DNA from: Amoebophrya sp. A120
Taxonomy: Eukaryota; Protista; Dinoflagellata
Assembly (NCBI GenBank): GCA_905178155.1
Contig: CAJINV010000016.1
Coordinates: forward strand, 1,145,386-1,209,385
Direction: 5' to 3'
DNA length: 64,000 nucleotides
Each line of letters opens with the position of its first letter. Within the stretch, counting starts at the first letter, position 1. Below are positions 36,988 through 48,900 of this stretch, in pieces. The notes beneath the pieces were generated by a model. It searched no databases and had not been told where the DNA came from. It was given only the letters and a program-made list of their open reading frames with translations. A program made the position numbers and the translations under genes.

Positions 36988-39900
36988 ATGCAGTACAACC
37001 AAGCGCAGCAAAGCCAACACCCCCAAAACGGAAGCAAAGGTGGAGTGTTGATGAACTATCAGCAATCTACCTCTGCTTTCCCAGGCGGAGGCGGGAAACC
37101 GCAGCAGCAACTGGGTAAGACGAAAGGAGGTCCAGGCCCGGGTCCGCCGCAACAGCAGCAGCAGCAGCAGCAGCGTAAAGGAGGCGCTGGAACGAACGAC
37201 AAGAACGTGGCCGTTTTTGCAACTTCAGGAGCTGACTCCTCCCAAGGTCAAGGACAAGGACAACATCAAGCGCAGCACCAGACGAAGCAAGAGCATCAGC
37301 AGCACGAAGTATCAAAAGTAAAAATGTCTGGGTCTGGAAACTTGTGATGCTGGGTGGCGTCTCATGATGAGGCTACGACTACTGGCTCAGCATGACAAGT
37401 TTCTGAGCTCCTAGGTGTTGTCTATTCAGCATGACAAACTGCGGCTCTGCATCACAGAAAAACGGAGCTCTTGGGTAACGTGCATGACAGATTTAAGAGT
37501 CATGCCAGACAAGCATGACAAACATGAATTCTTCCAGACCCAGACATTTTTACAGTTGATACGGAGATTTTCTGTACAATGTGAACCGCGGCGGGACGCC
37601 TGGAGGAGGGGGAGGCACTGCTGCGCGGCCCGGTGTTGATCAAAATTCTACTGCTTCTGCAGTATCACAAGGAAAAATCCCCCCTCCCCATATCAAAACA
37701 GAACTCTGTGATGCGGGATTTGCGTACACAAATCCAATCTGTCTTGCAGTAGAAGACTGCAGGCAGATACAAAGCCAGAGTAGGGGCGTTTTGGCGTAGG
37801 CGCCTAGCAAGGCAGGCATATCCTCCTTAGGCCATGCAGCGTTACAAATTTCCTGCGGAAAGCGGTGGGGTTTTTGGGTTTGTCTTCTTGCAATACAGAG
37901 ACGATTTGAGGTCTCAAATCAGCATCACAAATTTTCAGAAGTATCCCGCTTTGGTATGGGGAGGGGGGGTTTTTCCTCTCAATATGCAGAACAGGATCAC
38001 CAGTATCAACCGCAGCATCTTCAGAGCGGGGGTCAACAGCAGCACTCTAGTACTGTCGGTGGACACATGATGTGGAACCAAAATCGTGGGGGAACTACAA
38101 ACAACGCCAGTCCGCACAACCACAAGGGCGGAGCAGGAGTCGTGGGGAAGATGATGAACAAGCAGCACGGTGGTCCAGGCAAGGGCGGGGGAATGAAAGC
38201 AGGTCAACAACATCTGGCGCTCGGAGCAGGGTTCTTCCCCTTTACAGGACATGGTGAGGAAGCTCAGTACGACCAGCACCATCTAACCCAGTTCAACAAC
38301 GTGTCGAATATCGGCAACGCGACTCCTCGTGGGGGTAATTATCTTAATGCCCCCGGAGGTGGGAAAGCCTCTAACCCCCAGGGAAGTGCCGGCACTGGTC
38401 CCCCCGCGGCTGGTGGACAGCTGCACTCGCAGCAGCACATGAAGGGTCATCAATATCAGCCCCAATTTTTCAACCCGAACATGATAGAAAATTTTCCTGA
38501 CCCGAGGTTGAATCCATGGTCCGGGCCGCCCCGCGGAGGTCGCGGGGGCGCGGGTGGTGGTACACCGCAGAACCTCCTCCAAGGTGGACAAGAACTACAC
38601 CAGCAACACTTCCGTCCACGTTCGCGCGTGCAATCCCATTCCCAGCACGATGTGAATATGATGAACAAAGGCGGTGGTAATTATACTAACTACACCGGAG
38701 GGCCCGCCGGACTTGATGTTGGTGGAGGTCAGAACACCAATTTTCCGACGGGTGGTCAACAGCAACAGCAGCACGGTGCTCCGGTCAAATTTCAGCCGGG
38801 GCACAAGGGAAAGGCCATGCAGCAGCAATTGCAAATGCAGTCGACGCACGGATTTCCGTTTCCACCCGAAGGAGGACCACCAGGAGGAGCTGCGGGCGGC
38901 GGGCATCAAACGCAACACCAACAGATGTTGGTGAACAATCTCGTCCTGCAGCATGAAGAACACGCAGCTATTCTTGTGAACAATAACAACCCCAACTCGT
39001 CCGGAGGCGGTGCCGGTGGTCCGCAGTCACACCAAAAAGGAGGTAAGAACAAGAGCAACCTCTCTTCGGGCCAATCGTCCTCCAAAACGCAAGGTGGACT
39101 ACCTTCGCAGCCGCACATTGTCACCAAAGGTGGTGGTCCAGTTGTACCTCCAGCAGGGGGGCAGCAGCACAACCAAAACGAGGAAAACGAAGGTGATCAC
39201 GACGACCACCGGGAAGCGCGAGTAGAACAAGGAGCGGGGGCAGAGCCTGTTCGTGCACAGGGTGGACAACATGAACAACATCCGAATCAGCAACAGGACC
39301 GTCGTATGCACTGCAAATGTGTAATCTGGGTCTGGAAAGTTTGAACTTGTAATGCAGGAGGTCTTGTTGCATATGCATCCCTGTGAGGAGATCTGTGTAA
39401 TTGCATGACCAACAAAATAACTCGCAGCCTCTTTTGTCAGGTAAGTAAGAACGCAGTTTCTCATGCGGGCTTCCTATGAAGAGATGGAAGCCGCGTTCTG
39501 CAATTGCAAAGTTGTCATTCCTGGCTGCGTTCGGAGGTGTTGCCCTCATCTCATTTTCACATCACAAGATTCCAGAGGACCTCCCAGACAAATAATAATG
39601 GTAAGAGAGGGAATCAGACTTAGTAAACGGAATCAGACTAATGGAATCAGACTACAAGCGGAATCAGTATAGTAGAATCAGAATAATGAGCAGAATCAAG
39701 ATACTAGAATCAAGCTTATGGATAGAATCAGGAGAAGCGGACTCTGAGTACGTCGACGAATGTGGTGGCCGCGCATTCTCTATCGTGCGTATGCATTCGA
39801 AACGCCCTCTCCCTGCAGGCATCGCTTTGGTCCATCATGTTTTGCAGCTCCACCTGGTCGCGTTGGTCTCCTCGCAACTTCGCCCGCAGTTCTTGAATGC

Positions 39901-42900
39901 TGTGCGTTGCGATTCTACTTGGGGACTTAGTTTGCATGTTGGGCATGTATGTCTGCTTAGCTGTTTCAGTTCGCTCCTCAGCGCACTTCATGCGCGACCA
40001 CTTTAAAACACGCGCCAGGAGTTTGCTAGTGGCGATCCCGGTTGACAAGGTGAAACAAATGAAAATCTGAAGTATCCGAAAAAACCTTAAAGGTGGAAAA
40101 ATAAGCGCCAACCATAGAAGAGAGAAACTAGAAGAACTACTTCTATCCATTGCGCTCCCTCGGTCTATTGCTTCTCTGTGCTCCTACTTTCTTCGCTGCG
40201 TTGCTTCTAGATTGCATCGAAAAAGCGCGCAAAAGTGCGATGCTCTGTGGGAGCGGAATTTCCGGACTTAGCCGCAAGACAGCTCTTTTTTGCGATTTTT
40301 GTTGGAAAATAAGGGGGGAACTCTCGCAAATTTTTAAAAATCGGCCTCGTTTTCCGTGTTTTTACTTAGCGAAACCCGGTCGAGACAGGCCGAGGGGGAT
40401 GATAGGCGCTGCCTCACAGCAGCGCAGGCGTGTGCCGCGCGTGCTCGCAGAAAGCTCTGCCGGCCATTCGTTCTGGCGCTTCTGTCAGCCCCTTGCTCTG
40501 TACGCGCAGAAGCGCGGCGCTATATATGTGCCGCGGCCGCCGCGTGCGATGCTCTCCATCCCGCCCTGCCTGTCCTGGTCTGTCCCCCCGCGCCCCGCCC
40601 CGGCTGCGTTGGAGCTGCGCTCCAGGCCTTGCGCACCGACTGACCGACGGACCAGGCGGCCCCCCCGCCCGTTCGGTGGGCCGCCTAGAAAGTTGCTCAG
40701 GTTGGTACATCGCCGCACGGGCCGGGGCCGTGCGTCGGTGCTTCGAGTCGATTTTTGGGTGGGGCGACTCCACTCGCATTGCAAGTGGTCGGGGCCGCAG
40801 TGGCGCAGATGTGTCGGTTGGGACTGCCCTGCTCCCCCAGGCGCCGCCCTCCGACCTAGGGGAAGCCACCTTCCCGAGGGCGCAGCCATCTGTATGTCGC
40901 AGCACGGCGGCTCTCGTAGGCTAGCGACCTGGCACCACCGGCGTATAGAGGTGGGCCGTGCCGGCGGCGAGGCAGGCTGTCTTCCCGGTCCTTGTGCGCC
41001 TGTGCGCAGCGCCTCCCGGCACGCACGGGCGGCGGCGCCTCGCACTGCCCAGATTGTTTGACTATCGGAGGCGCCCACCCTCCCCTTTCTCATACTCACG
41101 CAGGGGAGTATGAAAGGTGTCGAGGTGCGTGGGGGGGGGGGAACGAAGACACGCCCCAGCAAATGGCGGGCGTGGGGCTTGTCGGGTGGGTGTTTAGCAT
41201 GTGCACGCATGTTGGCCGTTTTTCCGTGGCTCTGCGTTTTCCCAGCAGCCGACCGTGCGCGGGCGCAAGCAACGCACGGACTGGATAGCGCAGCACTAGT
41301 TTGATTCCACTAGTCTGATTCCATTGGTAAAGCTGATTGCATTAGCCTGATTCCATGAATAAGTCTGATTCCGTAAATACTTTAGCCTGATACCATCGAC
41401 GACCAATAATAATTTGCAATGGATACTTTGTCACCCGTACTCGTCGGCGCGCTGGAACCCGCAGAACATTCAGGATCTTGACCGCCGGGTATTAACTGTA
41501 AAAATGTCTGGGTCTGGAAGATTGCAACTACTTGTGATGCTGTCTCTGCATTAATATACAAAAATCTGTATTGCATGACCAGCAAGAGGGCTCCAGTTTG
41601 TGCTACATGGAGAGGGTATTTATCATGCGGGATAGGCATCAGAGAGCCCGCTAAAAAAAAAATCTGTGATGCCAGGTTATGCATTCTAGACGTCATGCGT
41701 CATGTAAAATCTGCATGACATCCAGACGCAGACATTTTTACATTTGATAGCAGGACAAGATCCACAGCCGCCTCTGGGACGTGGCGGGCCCGCCCGTGAA
41801 TACCCCGCCCGGGTCCTCCTCCTTCGGTGGTTCCTACCCAGCCGCGCCAAAAAGCGGGCGCAGTATCGTATTGGAAAACATCCCCACGACCCCATAGTTG
41901 TAATGCAAATCTGCACGATGAGAATGTTTCTCATGCGGAGCCCCATGACAAGCGTTTTCTATTGGTGTTTCGAAGTTTGTCATGCTCCAATCAGCATGGT
42001 ATACTGGATCTGTGATGCTGCTGAACTACCTTAAACACCACTACACTATGTGAGTCCAAATTTGTCATGCAAAACAGCCAAGACTTGTGGATTCATTTGT
42101 GTTTGTCTAGCCGATTACACATCTTGACTATGGGGTGGGGACGTTTTTACTCAGGATATGCAGCGGTGATGGGTCATCTAGCGGCAAGAATTCGCAGAAG
42201 GGAGGTATCAAGTGCAAAAATGTCTGGGTCTGGAAGAATGCAAGTTTGTCATGCTTGTCTCGCATGACTCTTGAATTTGTCATGCACATTACCCAAGAGC
42301 CCCATTTTTCTGTCATGCAGAAACGCAGTTTGTCATGCAGAATAGGCAACACCTAGAAGCTCAGAAACTTGCCATGCTGAGCCAGCACTTGTGGCCTCCT
42401 CATGATACGGCACCCAGCATCACAAGTTTCCAGACCCAGACACTTTGGCATTTGATAGGAGGTGGTAGTGAACAACGTCAAAGACCCGGGAGCAGTAGTA
42501 TCTCCGGCTCCTCGCCGACTGGAGGTGGGGATGGAACTTATCAAATGCGAAAATGTCTGGGTCTGGAAACTTGTGATGCATGTCACTGAATAATAACCAC
42601 ACTGTAATGCACCGCCAAGCATGACAGATTTCCTCGCGGCTCTGTGGTGCGTATTCCGCATGAGAAACATCGTCTTTGCATGACAGACAAGAGGAGGTCT
42701 ACTTCGTGGCCACGCAATACAGAGTTCAGAGTCATGCCAAACTAGCATGAGAAGTCTCGCAATCTTCCAGACCCAGACATATTTGCAATGCATAGAACTA
42801 CAGGAGCTACAACTGCTGGCCTTCCTGCGCGTGGTACTGGCAAGAGCTACAAAGGCATTGCTCCGGCTCCCTTTGTCGAAGACGCCAATGCCGGTAAGGG

Positions 42901-45900
42901 CCGCCAGGATCATTCTGGCAGCGTTGGTGTGCTCGAACAAGGAAAAGGCTCGTCTTCGAAGACTGGCGTGCCCCCGCGCCCCGCGGGCAATCCGCCCCCG
43001 AACCCGCGCTCGGGAGGAGCGGTTGGTGGTGGACCACCCCCGCAAATTCCGCCCATCCACGGGATGAACATGCAGGCGATGCGTAGTCAACACGTTTCCA
43101 CGCCAACGGATCAACATGTTAAAAATCTTAATCTCGAGGAGAATCAACAACATCTCCGTGTTGGTGCAGCTGAAGATACGAGCAGTGTCATTTGGCAGGA
43201 GCAACACGGTGGTCAAGATGAACATCTACCACGAGAAACCACCACTTCCGAGATGGACAATTCGCACTCTTCGTACCAAGATCTGGTGGGCAGCATGACA
43301 GAAGCCGAAGGTGGAGGTGGACAACTGGATCATGTTCTTGGCAATCAGCAGCAGCAGCAAGGCGGTAAGGTCGTGGAGCAGACGACCGAAGCGTGGCTGC
43401 GAAGCCAGTTGGAGCAACACCTTTTGCAGCGGGGCAGAGAGCAGCAGGCGGGGGTGGAGGAGCAACAGCAACTTTTGCCGATTCCGCAGCTGCGTCGGGA
43501 CGATGTTTGTTCCCACAGCAATGTAGTTGACCAGCAAAGTCATGCGCGGCAACATGCCAGCACCAACACAACTTCTGGTGGTGCCCCTCCTCCGCAGCAG
43601 CAGCAGCAGCAACAGCCCTTTCAGCAACAGGCGTCGCCCGAGGAAGCCAGTCTTGCGACGAACTCGGCCCGGTCTGCGATATCGTACGTGATCAATGCAT
43701 ATCAAATGTAAAAATGTCTGGGTCTGGAAGAATGCAACCTGTCATGCTAATTCTGAAGCATGCAAAAATCTGTGTTGCGTGATTACCAAAAGTCGTCCAG
43801 TTTTGACCAAGTCGCGAGGGAGTTTCTCATGCAGGATAGGCATGAGAGAGATCACACAGAATCTGTTATGCTAGGTCCTGCATTCCAGACCTCATGGGTC
43901 ATGGAAAAGCGGCATGACAAATCGCGCACTCTTCCAGATCCAGACATTTCTACATTTGATAATGCATTGGAGGGCGTCATGGGTCGCGAGGAGGTGGCGG
44001 CCTTGCTGTCCAACGAGGTGCGGAAACTTGTCACCCCCGGCGATGAGCACATCGTGGCCACACGATTGATGCAGCAGCAGCAAGGAGGACTAGGAGTAGG
44101 CTCACAACTACATGGTGGTCTCGGTCAACTACATCAAGTTGGGAACAATGACGGTCCTCGTGGGCAGCTCCTGCAACACAACACCAACCAACTTCCGCAG
44201 CAACAACTACACGGCTCGCTGGTTCAACATCCGTCCACTTCCCCCACCCGTGCGCCGGCGTTCGGTTCGAGCGATCGTGACCGCGAGGACAGCTTGATGG
44301 AGCACTACGGACCCCGTGCTGGTGCAGGGCCCCCGCTGCACCAGCACCTCCAGGGAAGTCCCCGTAGCAGCATGATGTTTCATCAACAAGCATCGCAGCA
44401 TCCTCGTGGTCAGCACCTACAGCATCCGGTGGATCATGGTCGTGAAGATGATCATGACCGCGTTGCGCGAGACGACTTGCGCCGGCAGTTACGCGATTTA
44501 GAGCACCAGTACCATGAGCAAAGGGCGCGGAACAATCGTCAGCAGGACCTGAGCCAGCATTTTGGCAGCAGCGGCGGGCCGCACCAGCAGTATCCGAACA
44601 TTAGGCCTGGGGGCCCAGGCGAGGGCGGCGCGGGGAGTAGCCGCGACGTCATGTTGCTGGATCAGGGACGCCGGGGATTCGTCCCCCACAGGAACGACAA
44701 TGACAGTCGCAATTTCTACGATGAGGATGACCTCGCGAGTAGCAGCTACAATGGCAGTAATGCGCCGCGGATCGGTGCCACGACCAACACGTCTGGGTTG
44801 CGGCGCCCGAATAACATGATGCATCAAGAACGTCACAGTTTTCAGGACCAAGAACCTCTTTCTCAAGCTCACCAACGGAGCAAATATCGAAACTACATTC
44901 TCGATGGCGAAGACATGGAGGAGCGTAATTTATCGTTTCAGCAAGAGCAGCACCAGAATATGCAGGCGCAACACGACGAACCTCATCAGGTAGTGCACGA
45001 CAAAAACTCCTCCCGATCCGCGACCTCCCGCGAAACCACGAAGCGACAGCACGAACTGGCGCTGTGTACCAAGATGCAGGAGGAAATGGAAATGCGGATT
45101 CGCCTTGACGAGCAGGAGCGGACCACGACGAGAGTTGGGGGCAACAACTACATGGATAATTCGTCTCGCAGTGCTGGTAACTATCCACCACCTTCCGGAT
45201 CTACTTCGGGTGCAATTCTTGATCCCCGAGCAGACGCAGACAATAATTACGAGTACGAAGACAGCCTGGACCGCGAGATGCGGGACCGCGACGAGCGCGT
45301 GCGCCGGATGGAGATGGAGCGTCGGCAGAAGGAGTTGCGCGCGCAGATGCAGCGCGATCTTCGAGATCGCGAGAGCGGGCGGATCGACTACACGGTGAGT
45401 GCGCGGGAGCGCGAACAACTGATGATGATGCACCAGCACCAGCAGAACCGCGGTAGGTTCGGAGGCGGTGGAGGTGCAGCATCTGGTGGGTTTTTTTACA
45501 ACCATGATCAGCACTACATGGACAAGCGCCGGTATGGAAGCGCCAGGTTTGAAATCGACAAAGTTGAAATGATTTCTCATGCATAAAATGCAAGGCATGA
45601 ACTGCCTGTCTTGCCGGGATGGCAAGTGAGGCCGACTCTCAGCCTGTTTAGGGTTTGGAGTAGAGCTGCTAAAGTAGCATGACAAAAGCAGTCGTCTCTG
45701 CCCAAACAGCATGACAAATTGGATTCCGGTGCTCGGAAAATTTGTCATGCACCGCTTGAAAATTGGGCTTCCAACTGGTATCGATTTTATGCATTACAAG
45801 TTATTTCAACTTTGACGATTTCAATCCTGACGCTTCCATAGCAGGGACAGTATGCACGGACGAGGTCAACATGGTCATCTGCACGAGCAGCAGCAACATC

Positions 45901-48900
45901 ACCGCGGTCAAGAGCAGCAGCAGCAACATGACGATCTTCGTGGAGGAGGACGAGGTGGTGACTACAACAACACTTCTCACTACCAGCAGCAACTTCGCGG
46001 AGGCAATCAGAAGGAGCAAGAACTACAGGGAAATCAGAACCTCCGCAGTGGTCCGCCGCCGCCTCGCGAGCAAAATAAATACAACCACAATAATTATCCC
46101 TCGAACTATCCGCAGCAGCACCCGGGAGGAGCAGGTGGACCACCCGCGGCCCATCAGGGTGAACAGCAGCAACACCGTCCGGGTTCGGGGGGCGCAGGCG
46201 CACACCCGGGCGGCGACCAGCAAGCGAATTCGTTCAAGGAGAACAACAAGCAGCAGAAGCAGCAAAACAAAAACAACAACCGCGATTATCAGCAGGAGCC
46301 GCAGAGTACGCCCGCAGTGGCGCCGCGAACGGTCGGGGGGGAGTTTCAGAAGAACCGCGATAATCCCTTCCGCGATTTTCACGCCACGCACGGGGGCACG
46401 AGCGTGATGGAACGCGAGTGCCAGATGCGCCACCTCCTCGTGTCCACGAACAGCAGCCGGTTAGTGGGGCATTTTCAATCCAAGGAGTTTCACGAACAAA
46501 AGTCGGACCGCGGCTCGACGCGGAAAGGGAAAAAGAGGAACAACGGGGCCAGCACCGCGGACGGAAAGAGCTCGATCGCCAGCTCGGAAAACACGAAAAT
46601 ATCAAATGTAAAAATATATGGGTCTGGAAGAGTCCGAACTTGTGATGCTGCATTTGGATTCCAAAAAAATCTGTATTGCATGACCAGCAAAGGGAATGCA
46701 ATTTTGGCTACGCGGAGAAGGCATTTGTCATGCGGAATAGGTATCACGAAGCCCTGAAAAAGTCTGTGATGCTAGGGCATGCATCACAGACATCGTGGCC
46801 CATGCAAAACGTGCATGACAAGTCTCAGAATCTTCCAGACCCAGACATTTTTACATTTGATAGAAAAGCAGAAAGCGCAAGACTGGCGGTAGCTCTGCTG
46901 GTGATAGAGGTTCTTCCTGCGCCGACAGTTACTCGGCCCCGGCGCTGCAGAAGCAGGCCGAAATTATCCTGCGCAAAAGCATCGCTGCACTCGTGGAAAT
47001 CGTTGCATGAACAAGTCTAAGTCATGCGGCGTTTGACCAATATCTTTCCCAAACTCCTAAACCATCATTACATAGAAACTCAGCTTTTCTTCTTGCCAAT
47101 AAACAGAAAATATTTTTTGTGATGCTAGAATTCGAAAAATTCTCCCACCAGTACGAAGATCCTTTTGCCATGCATGCACATGATGCAGCAGCAATTGGAA
47201 CAGATGCACAAAACGTCTGCCGCTGGAGATGATCCCGGGACCACGATGAAAGACTTGATTAATTCTGAGCTGCTGTCCTCGACTGCGAGCAGTTCCGGAA
47301 ACGACGAGTCTTGCGATGCCCGGGACCGGTACTCGACTTATCAAGTGTAAAAATGTCTGGGTTTGGAAGATTCATGCTGTTTTTGCATGACACAGAATGT
47401 CTGGCATGGAAGCTCTAGCATGACAGGTTTCGAGAAGCTTCCGCAATGCCGAACCCGCATGAGAAATCCCCCATTTTGGTGACAGAAAGTGGGCAGCTTT
47501 TGCTACCTATGCATGAGAGATTTTTCTGTGTTCGAAAATTCGCATCACAAGTTCGGATCCTTCCAGACCCAGACACTTTTGCATTTGATACGACTTTGGA
47601 CCAGTCGATTTTGGAATACATGGAACGGCATGCGCGGATCCAATCGGCGAAGCAGGGAACGAGCAACTCGGTGGAGAGCGACATCTACAAGAAGATCGAG
47701 AACACCTTGAAACAGCAACGGCTGATGGAGGAGCAGGTGCAGACCGACGGGACCAAGACGCGCGGAAAGCTGACCAGCATGATGCTGGAACAGGTCCCGG
47801 AAATGCGCACGTTGCGGGTCTTCTTGTTGGAGAATCACACTTTGGTTGGCGGTGGTCAACATCATCTACCCATTGCGTTACAACCTCCGACTGGTGCCGT
47901 GCCGGTCGCGGGGAACAAGATGAAGACCAAGCTGGCTTTGGAAAATAAAAGCGGTGCTGCGCAGCTGACGACTTCATCTCCGTTGAAGGACGCGAATATT
48001 AAACCTCTGGAGCCGGATATGAGAGCGTCAGGTCGTTATTTTGCTTTTACTTTCAAAATTTTTTTTTGGTGCAGGAGGTCGCTCTAGGTGTGTTTACAAG
48101 CGGCCAGATAACTCGACACTTAGTGGAGCTACTACAGGAATATCCGACAAACGAGACTAATAGCTTTCTAGGGACAAAAGTGCCACCCTCGATCACCGGA
48201 TCACCGCGACCGGCATGGCATTGAAATCCCCTGACCCGAGTTTGAGCGGCGCCTGGCGTGGGGCGTCGTCCCGGGACGTGTTCCCCTGTGTGTGGCATGC
48301 GTGTTGCAACGCAGCCGCGCCGGATAAGGCCAGTCAGACCCATGAGCCAATGCCCAAAAATTTGCAACGCTTTCGGGGGAAAACCAGGGCTGCCAGAAGG
48401 ACCTACTCGGCTGCGAAGCCCGCGCGAAATAAGTGGCGCGCTGTGCGAATAAAGTCACGTGGTGGCCGTTGCAAAGCCACAGTGAGCAGGAAGGCCGCAG
48501 CACCGCCCCCGCGCCTGACTAGGGGCGCCTTCGCATGCCAAGCGCGGAGCTGGCCACCTCCGCTCTTCGGGTGGTGTTTGATGCGCTTGCGGCGCAGTCT
48601 CCCGGCCGTTGCCCACTTGCGAACGCATCGGCCCCTTCTGCATTTCTGCATGGGCGCGCCTCGGGCGTAATGGTGCCCTGGCAGCGGCGCTGCAAGATGG
48701 CTGGCCGGGTAAAGGCAAGCCTCCTGCTGGACAGGTGCACGACTTCGGCCGGCCGCTGTGTTTGGCGCCCGAAGTCCGCCCCATGTCCTGAGTGCAACAA
48801 TTCGAACTCTCATTCATGAGGCGCCTTCGAGACGAGTACCTTTCACCCCCCTCCGGCACCCCTCTCGGCTGCCTCTAAGTAGTTGAGAAAAAAATCGCCA

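Noticed and set aside
41490-42794. Regularly recurring ~30-bp repeats with unique spacers, CRISPR-like
   Set aside because: The repeats are inverted pairs with TSDs, the spacing is 40-300 bp and irregular, the 'spacers' are exons, and there are no cas genes.
48403-48813. Minus-strand peptide RIKHHPKSGGGQLRAW, faintly like the Tc1 KHGGG..W motif
   Set aside because: The match is weak, no DDE triad can be traced, and the 5-bp TSD is incompatible with Tc1/mariner TA duplication.
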